Of a DNA stretch of 64,000 nucleotides, positions 1 to 15,550 are shown in pieces. Below the pieces are notes generated by a model. That model was not told the DNA's origin. It did not search any database and was given only the letters and a program-made list of their open reading frames with translations. Position numbers and translations under genes: made by a program. This stretch comes from Escherichia coli (GTDB taxonomy: Bacteria; Pseudomonadota; Gammaproteobacteria; Enterobacterales; Enterobacteriaceae), in assembly GCF_011045215.1 (NCBI RefSeq), contig NZ_CP049201.1. The stretch is one strand, 5' to 3'. Each line of letters opens with the position of its first letter. Within the stretch, counting starts at the first letter, position 1.

Positions 1-33
1 GCGTGGCTAACGCGAATTTTCAGGAGTGCAACA

Positions 34-1386
34 ATGAGTTCTTTAAGTCAGGCTGCGAGCAGTGTGGAAAAACGCACGAATGCTCGTTACTGGATAGTGG
101 TGATGTTGTTTATCGTCACATCCTTCAACTACGGCGACCGCGCTACGCTTTCTATTGCCGGTTCGGAAATGGCCAAAGATATCGGCCTTGATCCCGTGGG
201 AATGGGCTATGTGTTCTCTGCCTTCTCATGGGCTTATGTTATCGGGCAGATCCCTGGTGGTTGGTTGCTGGATCGTTTTGGTTCAAAACGCGTCTACTTC
301 TGGTCGATCTTTATCTGGTCGATGTTTACCTTGCTGCAAGGCTTCGTCGATATCTTTAGTGGATTCGGCATTATCGTTGCCCTGTTTACGCTGCGCTTCC
401 TGGTCGGGCTTGCTGAAGCGCCATCTTTCCCCGGCAACAGTCGCATTGTTGCGGCCTGGTTTCCGGCGCAGGAAAGGGGAACGGCGGTGTCGATTTTTAA
501 CTCCGCTCAATACTTCGCAACGGTGATCTTCGCGCCGATTATGGGCTGGCTGACGCATGAAGTGGGTTGGTCACACGTCTTCTTCTTTATGGGCGGTCTG
601 GGCATTGCCATCAGCTTTATCTGGTTGAAAGTCATCCACGAGCCAAATCAACATCCGGGGGTAAATCAGAAAGAGCTGGAGTACATCGCTGCGGGTGGCG
701 CGCTGATCAATATGGATCAGCAAAACACCAAAGTTAAAGTGCCGTTCAGCGTGAAGTGGGGGCAGATCAAACAACTGCTCGGGTCACGGATGATGATCGG
801 CGTTTATATCGGTCAGTACTGTATCAACGCCCTGACTTACTTTTTCATTACCTGGTTTCCGGTTTATCTGGTGCAGGCGCGTGGGATGTCGATTCTGAAA
901 GCGGGCTTTGTGGCTTCCGTTCCGGCGGTTTGCGGTTTTATCGGCGGTGTGCTGGGTGGGATTATTTCCGACTGGCTGATGCGCCGCACGGGATCGCTGA
1001 ACATTGCGCGTAAAACACCGATCGTAATGGGCATGTTGCTGTCGATGGTGATGGTGTTCTGCAACTACGTCAACGTTGAGTGGATGATCATCGGCTTTAT
1101 GGCGCTGGCCTTCTTCGGTAAGGGCATTGGGGCGCTGGGTTGGGCAGTAATGGCAGATACCGCGCCAAAAGAGATCAGCGGTCTTTCCGGTGGCCTGTTC
1201 AACATGTTCGGTAACATTTCTGGCATCGTCACGCCAATCGCAATTGGTTATATCGTTGGCACGACTGGCTCCTTTAATGGGGCGCTGATTTATGTTGGTG
1301 TTCATGCCTTAATCGCGGTACTGAGCTACCTGGTGCTGGTGGGCGATATCAAGCGTATCGAGCTGAAACCTGTCGCGGGGCAATAA
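34..1386 (+). CDS. gudP: MFS transporter, glucarate/galactarate permease
   Basis: 450-aa ORF with multi-TM MFS profile; ATG at 34; directly upstream of the two tandem glucarate dehydratase paralogs, as in K-12. Confidence 0.9.
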   Translation: MSSLSQAASSVEKRTNARYWIVVMLFIVTSFNYGDRATLSIAGSEMAKDIGLDPVGMGYVFSAFSWAYVIGQIPGGWLLDRFGSKRVYFWSIFIWSMFTLLQGFVDIFSGFGIIVALFTLRFLVGLAEAPSFPGNSRIVAAWFPAQERGTAVSIFNSAQYFATVIFAPIMGWLTHEVGWSHVFFFMGGLGIAISFIWLKVIHEPNQHPGVNQKELEYIAAGGALINMDQQNTKVKVPFSVKWGQIKQLLGSRMMIGVYIGQYCINALTYFFITWFPVYLVQARGMSILKAGFVASVPAVCGFIGGVLGGIISDWLMRRTGSLNIARKTPIVMGMLLSMVMVFCNYVNVEWMIIGFMALAFFGKGIGALGWAVMADTAPKEISGLSGGLFNMFGNISGIVTPIAIGYIVGTTGSFNGALIYVGVHALIAVLSYLVLVGDIKRIELKPVAGQ

Positions 1387-1387
1387 G

Positions 1388-2728
1388 ATGACGACACAAT
1401 CCAGTCCTGTTATTACTGATATGAAAGTCATTCCGGTCGCCGGGCACGACAGCATGTTGCTTAATATTGGTGGGGCGCATAACGCATATTTCACTCGCAA
1501 TATTGTGGTACTCACCGATAACGCCGGGCATACCGGCATTGGTGAAGCGCCAGGCGGAGAGGTGATTTATCAGACATTGGTCGATGCTATTCCGATGGTG
1601 CTGGGCCAGGAAGTTGCGCGCCTGAATAAAGTGGTTCAGCAGGTGCATAAAGGTAATCAAGCAGCCGATTTTGATACCTTCGGCAAAGGTGCCTGGACTT
1701 TTGAATTGCGCGTTAATGCCGTAGCGGCGCTGGAAGCCGCCTTGCTTGACCTGTTAGGTAAGGCGCTGAATGTTCCGGTCTGCGAACTGTTAGGGCCAGG
1801 CAAGCAACGCGAGGCTATTACCGTCCTTGGTTATCTGTTTTATATCGGTGATCGGACCAAAACCGATCTTCCTTATCTGGAAAATACGCCGGGCAACCAT
1901 GAGTGGTATCAGTTGCGGCATCAGAAAGCGATGAACAGCGAAGCCGTTGTGCGTCTGGCGGAAGCCTCACAGGATCGCTACGGCTTTAAAGATTTTAAAC
2001 TTAAGGGCGGCGTGTTACCTGGCGAGCAAGAAATCGACACTGTTCGTGCATTGAAGAAACGCTTCCCGGATGCGCGGATTACCGTTGATCCCAACGGTGC
2101 ATGGCTGCTTGATGAAGCCATTTCTCTGTGCAAAGGGCTGAATGATGTTCTTACCTATGCCGAAGATCCATGCGGCGCAGAACAGGGCTTCTCCGGACGT
2201 GAAGTGATGGCGGAGTTTCGGCGGGCGACCGGCTTGCCCGTCGCGACTAATATGATCGCCACCAACTGGCGCGAAATGGGCCATGCGGTGATGCTCAATG
2301 CGGTAGATATTCCACTTGCCGATCCGCACTTCTGGACGCTTTCCGGTGCAGTCCGCGTGGCGCAGCTTTGCGACGACTGGGGGCTGACCTGGGGCTGCCA
2401 TTCCAACAACCATTTCGATATCTCTCTGGCGATGTTTACCCATGTGGGCGCGGCGGCACCGGGTAATCCTACCGCTATCGATACCCACTGGATTTGGCAG
2501 GAGGGCGATTGTCGCCTGACCCAAAATCCGCTGGAGATTAAAAACGGAAAAATTGCCGTTCCTGATGCGCCCGGTCTGGGCGTGGAACTGGACTGGGAAC
2601 AGGTACAAAAGGCACATGAGGCCTATAAACGTCTGCCTGGCGGTGCGCGTAACGACGCAGGCCCGATGCAGTACCTGATTCCCGGCTGGACCTTTGACCG
2701 TAAACGTCCCGTTTTCGGCCGTCATTGA
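1388..2728 (+). CDS. gudX: glucarate dehydratase-related protein (enolase superfamily)
   Basis: 446-aa ORF, paralogous to the next ORF (shared [11 protein letters not shown]..., [34 protein letters not shown] motifs); position between gudP and gudD. Confidence 0.9.
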   Translation: MTTQSSPVITDMKVIPVAGHDSMLLNIGGAHNAYFTRNIVVLTDNAGHTGIGEAPGGEVIYQTLVDAIPMVLGQEVARLNKVVQQVHKGNQAADFDTFGKGAWTFELRVNAVAALEAALLDLLGKALNVPVCELLGPGKQREAITVLGYLFYIGDRTKTDLPYLENTPGNHEWYQLRHQKAMNSEAVVRLAEASQDRYGFKDFKLKGGVLPGEQEIDTVRALKKRFPDARITVDPNGAWLLDEAISLCKGLNDVLTYAEDPCGAEQGFSGREVMAEFRRATGLPVATNMIATNWREMGHAVMLNAVDIPLADPHFWTLSGAVRVAQLCDDWGLTWGCHSNNHFDISLAMFTHVGAAAPGNPTAIDTHWIWQEGDCRLTQNPLEIKNGKIAVPDAPGLGVELDWEQVQKAHEAYKRLPGGARNDAGPMQYLIPGWTFDRKRPVFGRH

Positions 2729-2748
2729 TTCTGAAAAAGGACATAAAT

Positions 2749-4089
2749 ATGAGTTCTCAATTTACGACGCCTGTTGTTACTGAAATGCAGGTCATCCCGG
2801 TGGCGGGCCATGACAGTATGCTGATGAATCTGAGTGGTGCACACGCACCGTTCTTCACGCGTAATATTGTGATTATCAAAGATAATTCTGGTCACACTGG
2901 CGTAGGGGAAATTCCCGGCGGCGAGAAAATCCGTAAAACGCTGGAAGATGCGATTCCGCTGGTAGTGGGTAAAACGCTGGGTGAATACAAAAACGTTCTG
3001 ACGCTGGTGCGTAATACTTTTGCCGATCGTGATGCCGGCGGGCGCGGTTTGCAGACATTTGATTTGCGTACCACTATTCATGTAGTTACCGGGATAGAAG
3101 CGGCAATGCTGGATCTGCTGGGGCAGCATCTGGGGGTTAACGTGGCATCGCTGCTGGGCGATGGTCAACAGCGTAGCGAAGTCGAAATGCTCGGTTATCT
3201 GTTCTTCGTCGGTAATCGCAAAGCCACACCTCTGCCGTATCAAAGCCAGCCGGATGACTCATGCGACTGGTATCGCCTGCGTCATGAAGAAGCGATGACG
3301 CCGGATGCGGTGGTGCGCCTGGCGGAAGCGGCGTATGAAAAATATGGCTTCAACGATTTCAAACTGAAAGGCGGTGTACTGGCCGGGGAAGAAGAGGCCG
3401 AGTCTATTGTGGCACTGGCGCAACGCTTCCCGCAGGCGCGTATTACGCTCGATCCTAACGGTGCCTGGTCGCTGAACGAAGCGATTAAAATTGGTAAATA
3501 CCTGAAAGGTTCGCTGGCTTATGCAGAAGATCCGTGTGGTGCGGAGCAAGGTTTCTCCGGGCGTGAAGTGATGGCAGAGTTCCGTCGCGCGACTGGCCTG
3601 CCGACTGCAACCAATATGATCGCTACCGACTGGCGGCAGATGGGCCATACGCTCTCGTTACAATCCGTTGATATCCCGCTGGCGGATCCGCATTTCTGGA
3701 CGATGCAAGGTTCGGTACGTGTGGCGCAAATGTGCCATGAATTTGGCCTGACCTGGGGTTCACACTCTAACAACCACTTCGATATTTCCCTGGCGATGTT
3801 TACCCATGTTGCCGCCGCTGCACCGGGTAAAATTACTGCTATTGATACGCACTGGATTTGGCAGGAAGGCAATCAGCGCCTGACCAAAGAACCGTTTGAG
3901 ATCAAAGGCGGGCTGGTACAGGTGCCAGAAAAACCGGGGCTGGGTGTAGAAATCGATATGGATCAAGTGATGAAAGCCCATGAGCTGTATCAGAAACACG
4001 GGCTTGGCGCGCGTGACGATGCGATGGGAATGCAGTATCTGATTCCTGGCTGGACGTTCGATAACAAGCGCCCGTGCATGGTGCGTTAA
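2749..4089 (+). CDS. gudD: glucarate dehydratase
   Basis: ORF track gives 2725 (TTG); the ATG at 2749 ([10 protein letters not shown]...) gives the expected 446 aa; enolase-superfamily motifs. Confidence 0.9.
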   Translation: MSSQFTTPVVTEMQVIPVAGHDSMLMNLSGAHAPFFTRNIVIIKDNSGHTGVGEIPGGEKIRKTLEDAIPLVVGKTLGEYKNVLTLVRNTFADRDAGGRGLQTFDLRTTIHVVTGIEAAMLDLLGQHLGVNVASLLGDGQQRSEVEMLGYLFFVGNRKATPLPYQSQPDDSCDWYRLRHEEAMTPDAVVRLAEAAYEKYGFNDFKLKGGVLAGEEEAESIVALAQRFPQARITLDPNGAWSLNEAIKIGKYLKGSLAYAEDPCGAEQGFSGREVMAEFRRATGLPTATNMIATDWRQMGHTLSLQSVDIPLADPHFWTMQGSVRVAQMCHEFGLTWGSHSNNHFDISLAMFTHVAAAAPGKITAIDTHWIWQEGNQRLTKEPFEIKGGLVQVPEKPGLGVEIDMDQVMKAHELYQKHGLGARDDAMGMQYLIPGWTFDNKRPCMVR

Positions 4090-4101
4090 GACAGAAAACC
4101 A

Positions 4102-4127
4102 AAACCGGCTCTATCTGGAGCCGGTTT
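4102..4127. terminator. GC hairpin between convergent gudD and barA (probably bidirectional)
   Basis: aaaccggctc/gagccggttt inverted repeat; T-rich tract follows on the minus strand. Confidence 0.5.
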
Positions 4128-4212
4128 GAGATTGATGCTAAACGCAAAATAGCCTGTTGTGCTATGTATCAGGTCTACATCATTTTTTAATTCATTGAAT
4201 TTAATTGGTTTT

Positions 4213-4247
4213 GTAGGCCGGATAAGGCGTTAACGCCGCATCCGGCA
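4213..4247. repeat. REP element
   Basis: tgtaggccggataaggcgttaacgccgcatccggca, canonical REP palindrome in an intergenic region. Confidence 0.75.
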
Positions 4248-4320
4248 TAAACACAGGCACTTTGTCACCAATCTGAAACCAGCGTCATAAAAAGCCGATT
4301 GCTACTCGACAAGACGTCCG

Positions 4321-7077
4321 TTACCCGAGAATTTTGCTGGCTTCGCGCGCGACATTATCCATCTCGTCCAACAGTTCCAGCAGCTCCGGCTCCAAATCTT
4401 CTTCTTTAGTACCGCTACGTAGCTGTTGTTCGATCAGTTGGCAGAGATTCTTCATACGCGGCACACCGCTATAGCCGCAACTGCCATGCAGTTTATGAAT
4501 CAAATCAACCAGGCCTTCCGGGTTTTCTCCAACCAGCTGTTCCTCAACTTTGTTGCGAACTTCAGGCAGGAAATCGAGTAACATTTGCAGCATATCGCGC
4601 GCTAAATCGGTTTTTCCTGCTGCCTGGCGTAGTGCCAGTTGCCAGTCGAGGGTCGCATTCGGGTTCACCACAATTTCGTTGACTTCGGGCGTCACGACGC
4701 GAGACGAAATACCGCTGCCAGGCTTGTAGCGCAACAACAAATTATGCAATCGCTCTTCTTCAATCGGTTTCGCCAGATAATCGCTCATCCCTGCGCCAAG
4801 CAGCTTCTCTTTTTGCCCGGCCATTGCATGCGCCGTTACCGCGATAACCGGCGTTTGTTGCTGATGGGGGAGCTGGTGGATGAGCTCGCAGGCCCGAATG
4901 CCATCCATGTCAGGCATTTGAATATCCATTAAGATCAAATCGAACGGCATCTGTTTCGCCCGTTCAACCGCCTGATGTCCGCTATCGCAAAGTTCCACAT
5001 GTTGCACCATATCTTCCAGCAATGCGCCGATAAGTTTCAGGTTAGCGGGGTTGTCATCAACCGCCATGACTGTCATTGCCAGCTTACTTTCATCGGTTAC
5101 AGGCAAAAGCGTGTTTTGTTTGTGATGACAAAATTCCGTCAGGGCAGGCAACAGGCGCGTAGGTGTTAATGGTTTCAGCAGACACGCGCCGATACCATCT
5201 TGCTTGAGTTTTTCAGCATTGACTTGTGCATGGCAAGGAAGTGCCAGCATCAGGAAATCGGTCATCGATACCGCTTTCGCTAATCGCTCATGTTGCATTG
5301 TTAGCGGCTCGCGGAAGGTCACCGCGATGCCTAACAACATCATGTCGTAATGCGCGGGAGGCAGCGCGGAGAACGTTGGGCTATAAACCACTTCCAGCGG
5401 CGTTTCACTTAAAATATCCAGCGTGCATTGCGCTGCTGCGGAGTTTGGTTCGACATAGGCCAGGCGCTTACCTGCGAGACACTGGGTGGATGGCCCTTCG
5501 ATAATAATGTTCGGGTTCAGATCGAGATTAATGTGGAACCAGAAAGTTGAACCGCGATTCGGCTGGCTATGGAACGAAATATCGCCGCCCATTTCATTAA
5601 CCAGTTTTTGTGTAATCACCAGCCCCAGCCCGGTGCCACCATGACGGCGGGAAATACTGGCATCAGCCTGTCGGAAGGCCTGGAATAAGCGCGATTGATC
5701 GCGTTCAGGAATACCAATGCCGGTATCCCGAATCTGCACTTCAATCTGCACTTTGGTATTACTCAGCGCACGTTTTTCTACCAGAATATCAATGTTGCCA
5801 TTCTCGGTGAATTTAATTGCATTCCCCACCAGGTTAGTGATGATTTGCTGTAATCGCAGTGGGTCGCCGATCACGTTATCAGGCACGTCGCTCTTAATAT
5901 TGAGCGTCAGTTCCAGACCTTTATCGTGAGAAGAATGTGCCAGCAGGGTAACGACTTCATCCAGCGTGCTGCGTAGTGGGAATGGAATACTTTCCAGAAT
6001 CAGCTTACCTGCTTCCAGTTTCGAGAAGTCGAGAACATCATTAATAATTGCCAGCAAATTATTTGCCGAACGTTCAATCGTATTTAGGTGATCGCGCTGC
6101 GTTGGTGTTAATTCTGTTTTCAGCGTCAGGCGGGTAAAGCCAATAACACCATTCAGTGGTGTACGCAGCTCGTGTGACATATTTGCCAGAAACTCGGATT
6201 TAATACGTGCCGCTTCCTGGGCGCGCTTTTTCGCCAGATCCAACTCAACGTTCTGAATTTCCATCTGCTCCAGCGTTTCACGCAGATCGGACGTCGCCTG
6301 GTCGATATTGTGCTGCATTTCTTCGTGATAAGCAGCCAGCGACATTGCCATCGAGTTGATACCGTTTTTCAGCATATCCAGCTCGCCGAGCATAAATCCT
6401 TCCACCCGGCTGTCGAGTTGCCCGCGACGGATGCGGTCGACGGTATTCACCATGTTGCGAATCGGACCGGTTACATCGCGCATTAAGCGCCAGCCAAAAA
6501 TAAGCGCAATACCGATACAAAACAGCATCATCACGCTGGAAATAAAGATCTCTTTATATTGCTGCAAGCGAACCGATTTAAGATCCAGCTCAAGCGCAAT
6601 ATATCCCAACATATTTTGACTATTTTTGGCATCGCTACTGGGCGATTCGTCGGGGGAGTAACTCTCAGAAATAATCGGCGTGCGGAGGATCATAATATCG
6701 CCGTCACGAGTGACAGTGAGCTGGCGAGGAAACGGCACGTTGCTGCCGAGCTGCATTGATGAGGGATCAAGATGAAAATTGGAGGTGACAAAGAGTCGGT
6801 TATTTTCATCATAAACCGAAATCGCGCGAACAATATCGGAATGGCGACGATGCAGTACGCTTATTAACTGACCGATAGATTCGCGATTTTGCAGGCTCAT
6901 GCCATATTCAGTAGAAACTGCAAGCGGCTCAATAATGCTGGCACCGGCATCTTCCAGTTGACGCTGCAAGTCGTTATAGCGATGCACGACGAAAAAGATA
7001 CTCAGCAATAAACCAATAAGGACGGTCGGTGCCAGGATCAGAATCATCATGCGTGCGCGCAGGCTGTAGTTGGTCAT
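4321..7077 (-). CDS. barA: hybrid sensor histidine kinase BarA
   Basis: 918-aa ORF with TM N-terminus, HisKA/HATPase (SHELRTPLN), receiver ([13 protein letters not shown]) and C-terminal HPt region. Confidence 0.93.
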
Positions 7078-7133
7078 GGAGTTCCGTTATGGGACAATTA
7101 AGGTCACACTGTTAAATTGAGAAAGTCTCGCCA

Positions 7134-8435
7134 ATGGCGCAATTCTACTCTGCAAAACGACGCACGACGACGCGTCAGATCATAACCGTTTCAGTCAACG
7201 ACCTCGACTCTTTTGGTCAGGGCGTGGCGCGACATAACGGCAAAACGCTATTTATCCCCGGATTATTGCCGCAGGAAAACGCGGAAGTTACTGTTACTGA
7301 AGATAAAAAACAGTATGCCCGCGCTAAAGTCGTACGCCGGTTAAGCGATAGCCCGGAACGCGAAACGCCACGCTGTCCTCATTTTGGCGTATGCGGCGGC
7401 TGTCAGCAACAACACGCCAGCGTGGATTTACAGCAGCGAAGCAAAAGTGCGGCACTCGCCCGATTAATGAAACACGAAGTCTCTGAAGTGATCGCCGATG
7501 TTCCCTGGGGCTATCGCCGTCGCGCGCGTTTAAGTCTGAACTACTTACCGAAAACACAGCAACTTCAGATGGGGTTTCGCAAAGCGGGCTCCAGTGACAT
7601 TGTCGACGTTAAACAATGCCCCATTTTAGTGCCCCAACTTGAAGCATTGCTGCCCAAAGTCAGGGCATGCCTGGGCAGCTTACAAGCTATGCGCCATCTT
7701 GGTCATGTTGAACTGGTACAGGCAACCAGCGGCACGCTGATGATTTTGCGCCATACCGCACCGCTAAGTTCGGCAGATCGCGAAAAACTGGAACGCTTTT
7801 CGCATTCTGAAGGCCTGGATCTGTATCTCGCCCCCGATAGTGAGATACTCGAAACCGTCTCTGGTGATATGCCCTGGTATGACTCAAACGGGTTGCGCTT
7901 AACTTTTAGCCCGCGCGATTTTATTCAGGTCAATGCGGGTGTGAACCAAAAAATGGTAGCGCGTGCGTTGGAATGGCTGGATGTGCAACCTGAAGATCGC
8001 GTACTGGATCTGTTCTGCGGTATGGGCAACTTTACACTGCCATTGGCGACACAAGCAGCCAGTGTGGTGGGTGTAGAAGGTGTTCCGGCGCTGGTGGAAA
8101 AAGGCCAGCAGAATGCGCGTCTTAATGGCTTACAGAATGTGACGTTTTATCATGAAAATCTTGAAGAAGATGTCACAAACCAGCCGTGGGCGAAAAACGG
8201 CTTCGATAAAGTGTTGCTGGACCCGGCGCGAGCAGGTGCCGCAGGTGTTATGCAGCAAATTATAAAACTGGAACCTATTCGTATAGTTTATGTATCCTGT
8301 AACCCTGCAACGCTGGCTCGGGATAGCGAAGCGTTATTAAAAGCAGGATATACCATTGCGCGACTGGCGATGCTGGATATGTTCCCACACACGGGACATC
8401 TGGAATCGATGGTACTTTTCTCGCGCGTTAAATAG
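7134..8435 (+). CDS. rlmD: 23S rRNA m5U1939 methyltransferase RlmD (RumA)
   Basis: 433-aa ORF with 4-Cys cluster ([11 protein letters not shown]) and SAM-MTase motifs ([12 protein letters not shown]); between barA and relA. Confidence 0.9.
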   Translation: MAQFYSAKRRTTTRQIITVSVNDLDSFGQGVARHNGKTLFIPGLLPQENAEVTVTEDKKQYARAKVVRRLSDSPERETPRCPHFGVCGGCQQQHASVDLQQRSKSAALARLMKHEVSEVIADVPWGYRRRARLSLNYLPKTQQLQMGFRKAGSSDIVDVKQCPILVPQLEALLPKVRACLGSLQAMRHLGHVELVQATSGTLMILRHTAPLSSADREKLERFSHSEGLDLYLAPDSEILETVSGDMPWYDSNGLRLTFSPRDFIQVNAGVNQKMVARALEWLDVQPEDRVLDLFCGMGNFTLPLATQAASVVGVEGVPALVEKGQQNARLNGLQNVTFYHENLEEDVTNQPWAKNGFDKVLLDPARAGAAGVMQQIIKLEPIRIVYVSCNPATLARDSEALLKAGYTIARLAMLDMFPHTGHLESMVLFSRVK

Positions 8436-8482
8436 TTACGATTTGCCGATTTCGGCAGGTCTGGTCCCTAAAGGAGAGGACG

Positions 8483-10717
8483 ATGGTTGCGGTAAGAAGT
8501 GCACATATCAATAAGGCTGGTGAATTTGATCCGGAAAAATGGATCGCAAGTCTGGGTATTACCAGCCAGAAGTCGTGTGAGTGCTTAGCCGAAACCTGGG
8601 CGTATTGTCTGCAACAGACGCAGGGGCATCCGGATGCCAGTCTGTTATTGTGGCGTGGTGTTGAGATGGTGGAGATCCTCTCGACATTAAGTATGGACAT
8701 TGACACGCTGCGGGCGGCGCTGCTGTTCCCTCTGGCTGATGCCAACGTAGTCAGCGAAGATGTGCTGCGTGAGAGCGTCGGTAAGTCGGTCGTTAACCTT
8801 ATTCACGGCGTGCGTGATATGGCGGCGATCCGCCAGCTGAAAGCGACGCACACTGATTCTGTTTCCTCCGAACAGGTCGATAACGTTCGCCGGATGTTAT
8901 TGGCGATGGTCGATGATTTTCGCTGCGTGGTCATCAAACTGGCGGAGCGTATTGCTCATCTGCGTGAAGTAAAAGATGCGCCGGAAGATGAACGCGTACT
9001 GGCGGCAAAAGAGTGCACTAATATCTACGCGCCGCTGGCGAACCGTCTTGGGATTGGGCAACTGAAATGGGAGCTGGAAGATTACTGCTTCCGTTATCTC
9101 CACCCGACCGAATATAAACGCATCGCAAAACTGTTGCATGAACGCCGTCTCGACCGCGAACACTATATCGAAGAGTTTGTCGGCCATCTGCGCGCTGAGA
9201 TGAAAGCTGAAGGCGTTAAAGCTGAAGTGTATGGTCGTCCGAAACACATCTACAGCATCTGGCGCAAAATGCAGAAAAAGAACCTCGCCTTCGATGAGCT
9301 GTTTGATGTGCGTGCGGTACGTATTGTCGCCGAGCGTTTACAGGATTGTTATGCCGCACTGGGGATAGTGCACACTCACTATCGCCACCTGCCGGATGAG
9401 TTTGATGATTACGTCGCTAACCCGAAACCAAACGGTTATCAGTCTATTCATACCGTGGTTCTGGGGCCGGGTGGAAAAACCGTTGAGATCCAAATCCGCA
9501 CCAAACAGATGCATGAAGATGCAGAGTTGGGTGTTGCTGCGCACTGGAAATATAAAGAGGGCGCGGCTGCTGGCGGCGCACGTTCGGGACATGAAGACCG
9601 GATTGCCTGGCTGCGTAAACTGATTGCGTGGCAGGAAGAGATGGCTGATTCCGGCGAAATGCTCGACGAAGTACGTAGTCAGGTGTTTGACGACCGGGTG
9701 TATGTCTTTACGCCGAAAGGTGATGTCGTTGATTTGCCTGCGGGATCAACGCCGCTGGACTTCGCTTACCACATCCACAGTGATGTCGGACACCGCTGCA
9801 TCGGGGCAAAAATTGGCGGGCGCATTGTGCCGTTCACCTACCAGCTGCAGATGGGCGACCAGATTGAAATTATCACCCAGAAACAGCCGAACCCCAGCCG
9901 TGACTGGTTAAACCCAAACCTCGGTTACGTCACAACCAGCCGTGGGCGTTCGAAAATTCACGCCTGGTTCCGTAAACAGGACCGTGACAAAAACATTCTG
10001 GCTGGGCGGCAAATCCTTGACGACGAGCTGGAACATCTGGGGATCAGCCTGAAAGAAGCAGAAAAACATCTGCTGCCGCGTTACAACTTCAATGATGTCG
10101 ACGAGTTGCTGGCGGCGATTGGTGGCGGGGATATCCGTCTCAATCAGATGGTGAACTTCCTGCAATCGCAATTTAATAAGCCGAGTGCCGAAGAGCAGGA
10201 CGCCGCCGCGCTGAAACAGCTTCAGCAAAAAAGCTACACACCGCAAAACCGCAGTAAAGATAACGGTCGTGTGGTGGTTGAAGGTGTCGGTAACCTGATG
10301 CACCACATCGCGCGCTGCTGCCAGCCGATTCCTGGAGATGAGATTGTCGGCTTCATTACCCAGGGACGCGGTATTTCAGTACACCGCGCCGATTGCGAAC
10401 AACTGGCGGAACTGCGCTCCCATGCGCCAGAACGCATTGTTGACGCGGTATGGGGCGAGAGCTACTCCGCCGGATATTCACTGGTGGTCCGCGTGGTGGC
10501 TAATGATCGTAGTGGGTTGTTACGTGATATCACGACCATTCTCGCCAACGAGAAGGTGAACGTGCTTGGCGTTGCCAGCCGTAGCGACACCAAACAGCAA
10601 CTGGCGACCATCGACATGACCATTGAGATTTACAACCTGCAAGTGCTGGGGCGCGTGCTGGGTAAACTCAACCAGGTGCCGGATGTTATCGACGCGCGTC
10701 GGTTGCACGGGAGTTAG
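8483..10717 (+). CDS. relA: (p)ppGpp synthetase I RelA
   Basis: 744-aa ORF; RelA/SpoT synthetase, TGS and ACT regions; synteny. Confidence 0.95.
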   Translation: MVAVRSAHINKAGEFDPEKWIASLGITSQKSCECLAETWAYCLQQTQGHPDASLLLWRGVEMVEILSTLSMDIDTLRAALLFPLADANVVSEDVLRESVGKSVVNLIHGVRDMAAIRQLKATHTDSVSSEQVDNVRRMLLAMVDDFRCVVIKLAERIAHLREVKDAPEDERVLAAKECTNIYAPLANRLGIGQLKWELEDYCFRYLHPTEYKRIAKLLHERRLDREHYIEEFVGHLRAEMKAEGVKAEVYGRPKHIYSIWRKMQKKNLAFDELFDVRAVRIVAERLQDCYAALGIVHTHYRHLPDEFDDYVANPKPNGYQSIHTVVLGPGGKTVEIQIRTKQMHEDAELGVAAHWKYKEGAAAGGARSGHEDRIAWLRKLIAWQEEMADSGEMLDEVRSQVFDDRVYVFTPKGDVVDLPAGSTPLDFAYHIHSDVGHRCIGAKIGGRIVPFTYQLQMGDQIEIITQKQPNPSRDWLNPNLGYVTTSRGRSKIHAWFRKQDRDKNILAGRQILDDELEHLGISLKEAEKHLLPRYNFNDVDELLAAIGGGDIRLNQMVNFLQSQFNKPSAEEQDAAALKQLQQKSYTPQNRSKDNGRVVVEGVGNLMHHIARCCQPIPGDEIVGFITQGRGISVHRADCEQLAELRSHAPERIVDAVWGESYSAGYSLVVRVVANDRSGLLRDITTILANEKVNVLGVASRSDTKQQLATIDMTIEIYNLQVLGRVLGKLNQVPDVIDARRLHGS

Positions 10718-10729
10718 GCCGAAACTTGC

Positions 10730-10775
10730 TCGTATCTACAATGTAGATTGATATATACTGTATCTACATATGATA
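10730..10775. promoter_or_regulatory. mazEF promoter-region palindrome (autoregulatory operator)
   Basis: atctacaatgtagat and neighbouring tatctacata repeats immediately upstream of mazE. Confidence 0.6.
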
Positions 10776-10794
10776 GCGGTTTGAGGAAAGGGTT

Positions 10795-11043
10795 ATGATC
10801 CACAGTAGCGTAAAGCGTTGGGGAAATTCACCGGCGGTGCGGATCCCGGCTACGTTAATGCAGGCGCTCAATCTGAATATTGATGATGAAGTGAAGATTG
10901 ACCTGGTGGATGGCAAATTAATTATTGAGCCAGTGCGTAAAGAGCCCGTATTTACGCTTGCTGAACTGGTCAACGACATCACGCCGGAAAACCTCCACGA
11001 GAATATCGACTGGGGAGAGCCGAAAGATAAGGAAGTCTGGTAA
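10795..11043 (+). CDS. mazE: antitoxin MazE
   Basis: 82-aa [30 protein letters not shown]... (AbrB/SpoVT fold). Confidence 0.95.
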
Positions 11044-11378
11044 TGGTAAGCCGATACGTACCCGATATGGGCGATCTGATTTGGGTTGATTTTGACCCGA
11101 CAAAAGGTAGCGAGCAAGCCGGACATCGTCCGGCTGTTGTCCTGAGTCCGTTCATGTACAACAACAAAACAGGTATGTGTCTGTGTGTTCCTTGTACAAC
11201 GCAATCAAAAGGATATCCGTTCGAAGTTGTTTTATCCGGTCAGGAACGTGATGGCGTAGCGTTAGCTGATCAGGTAAAAAGTATCGCCTGGCGGGCAAGA
11301 GGAGCAACGAAGAAAGGAACAGTTGCCCCAGAGGAATTACAACTCATTAAAGCCAAAATTAACGTACTGATTGGGTAG
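11043..11378 (+). CDS. mazF: endoribonuclease toxin MazF
   Basis: 111-aa ORF overlapping the mazE stop; PemK/MazF fold. Confidence 0.95.
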   Translation: MVSRYVPDMGDLIWVDFDPTKGSEQAGHRPAVVLSPFMYNNKTGMCLCVPCTTQSKGYPFEVVLSGQERDGVALADQVKSIAWRARGATKKGTVAPEELQLIKAKINVLIG

Positions 11379-11448
11379 TGTTACTAACTCACTTCTATTC
11401 TGGTCACAGGTTTCCACCTGACGGACCCGCAATTTTCAGGACATTCTA

Positions 11449-12240
11449 ATGAATCAAATCGACCGTTTGCTCACTATTATGCAGCGCCTGCGCGACCCGG
11501 AAAACGGCTGCCCGTGGGATAAAGAGCAGACATTTGCCACCATTGCGCCTTACACCCTTGAAGAAACCTACGAAGTGCTGGACGCCATCGCCCGTGAAGA
11601 TTTTGACGATCTGCGTGGTGAACTCGGCGATCTGCTGTTCCAGGTGGTGTTTTACGCCCAAATGGCTCAGGAAGAAGGGCGCTTTGACTTTAATGATATT
11701 TGCGCTGCGATTAGCGATAAATTAGAGCGTCGCCATCCGCATGTTTTTGCTGACAGTTCTGCCGAAAACAGTAGTGAAGTGCTTGCCCGTTGGGAGCAAA
11801 TCAAAACCGAAGAGCGCGCGCAGAAAGCGCAGCATTCGGCGCTGGACGATATTCCTCGTAGTTTACCGGCTTTAATGCGGGCGCAAAAAATCCAGAAACG
11901 TTGCGCCAACGTTGGCTTCGATTGGACGACGCTTGGTCCGGTAGTCGATAAAGTCTACGAAGAGATCGACGAGGTGATGTACGAGGCACGGCAGGCTGTT
12001 GTCGACCAGGCTAAACTGGAGGAGGAAATGGGGGACCTGCTGTTTGCCACGGTCAATCTGGCTCGTCATTTAGGGACAAAAGCGGAAATCGCATTGCAAA
12101 AAGCGAACGAAAAATTCGAGCGTCGTTTTCGCGAAGTGGAGCGTATTGTTGCCGCGCGTGGACTGGAAATGACAGGTGTTGACCTCGAAACAATGGAAGA
12201 AGTCTGGCAACAGGTAAAACGGCAGGAAATTGATCTCTAA
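11449..12240 (+). CDS. mazG: nucleoside triphosphate pyrophosphohydrolase MazG
   Basis: 263-aa ORF with two MazG EExxE-type repeats; follows mazEF. Confidence 0.92.
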   Translation: MNQIDRLLTIMQRLRDPENGCPWDKEQTFATIAPYTLEETYEVLDAIAREDFDDLRGELGDLLFQVVFYAQMAQEEGRFDFNDICAAISDKLERRHPHVFADSSAENSSEVLARWEQIKTEERAQKAQHSALDDIPRSLPALMRAQKIQKRCANVGFDWTTLGPVVDKVYEEIDEVMYEARQAVVDQAKLEEEMGDLLFATVNLARHLGTKAEIALQKANEKFERRFREVERIVAARGLEMTGVDLETMEEVWQQVKRQEIDL

Positions 12241-12452
12241 GGGAATTACGCGGTCAAGCGCCATTTGTGTCATTTTTTAAATGACAAGCGCTTGATTTGC
12301 GTCAAAAACATTTACCCCAAAGGGGCTATTTTCTCACTCCTGATTTCAATAGTGCGCTGGCGAAGAGGAGGGATAATGAAAGTTTGTGGCACAGGTCATG
12401 TTCGGGTATACTGCTTTCCCGTCCTGGTTATTCCATCGTCTTTTCAACCTAA

Positions 12453-14105
<1,653 letters not shown>

Positions 14106-14177
14106 GTAAAAAAGTTAGAACGGCAACGCGTACCCTGGGTACGCGTTGTTTGTCTGGAGTTTCAGTTTAACTAGTGA

Positions 14178-15491
<1,314 letters not shown>

Positions 15492-15516
15492 GTCTGACTT
15501 TATCTGATTTAAAAAT

Positions 15517-15541
15517 GCCAGCCTTCGGGCTGGCGTTTTTT
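15517..15541. terminator. bidirectional intrinsic terminator between eno and the convergent TPM gene
   Basis: gccagcc-ttcg-ggctggc hairpin flanked by A-run and T-run. Confidence 0.75.
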
Positions 15542-15550
15542 ATGGTTGAG

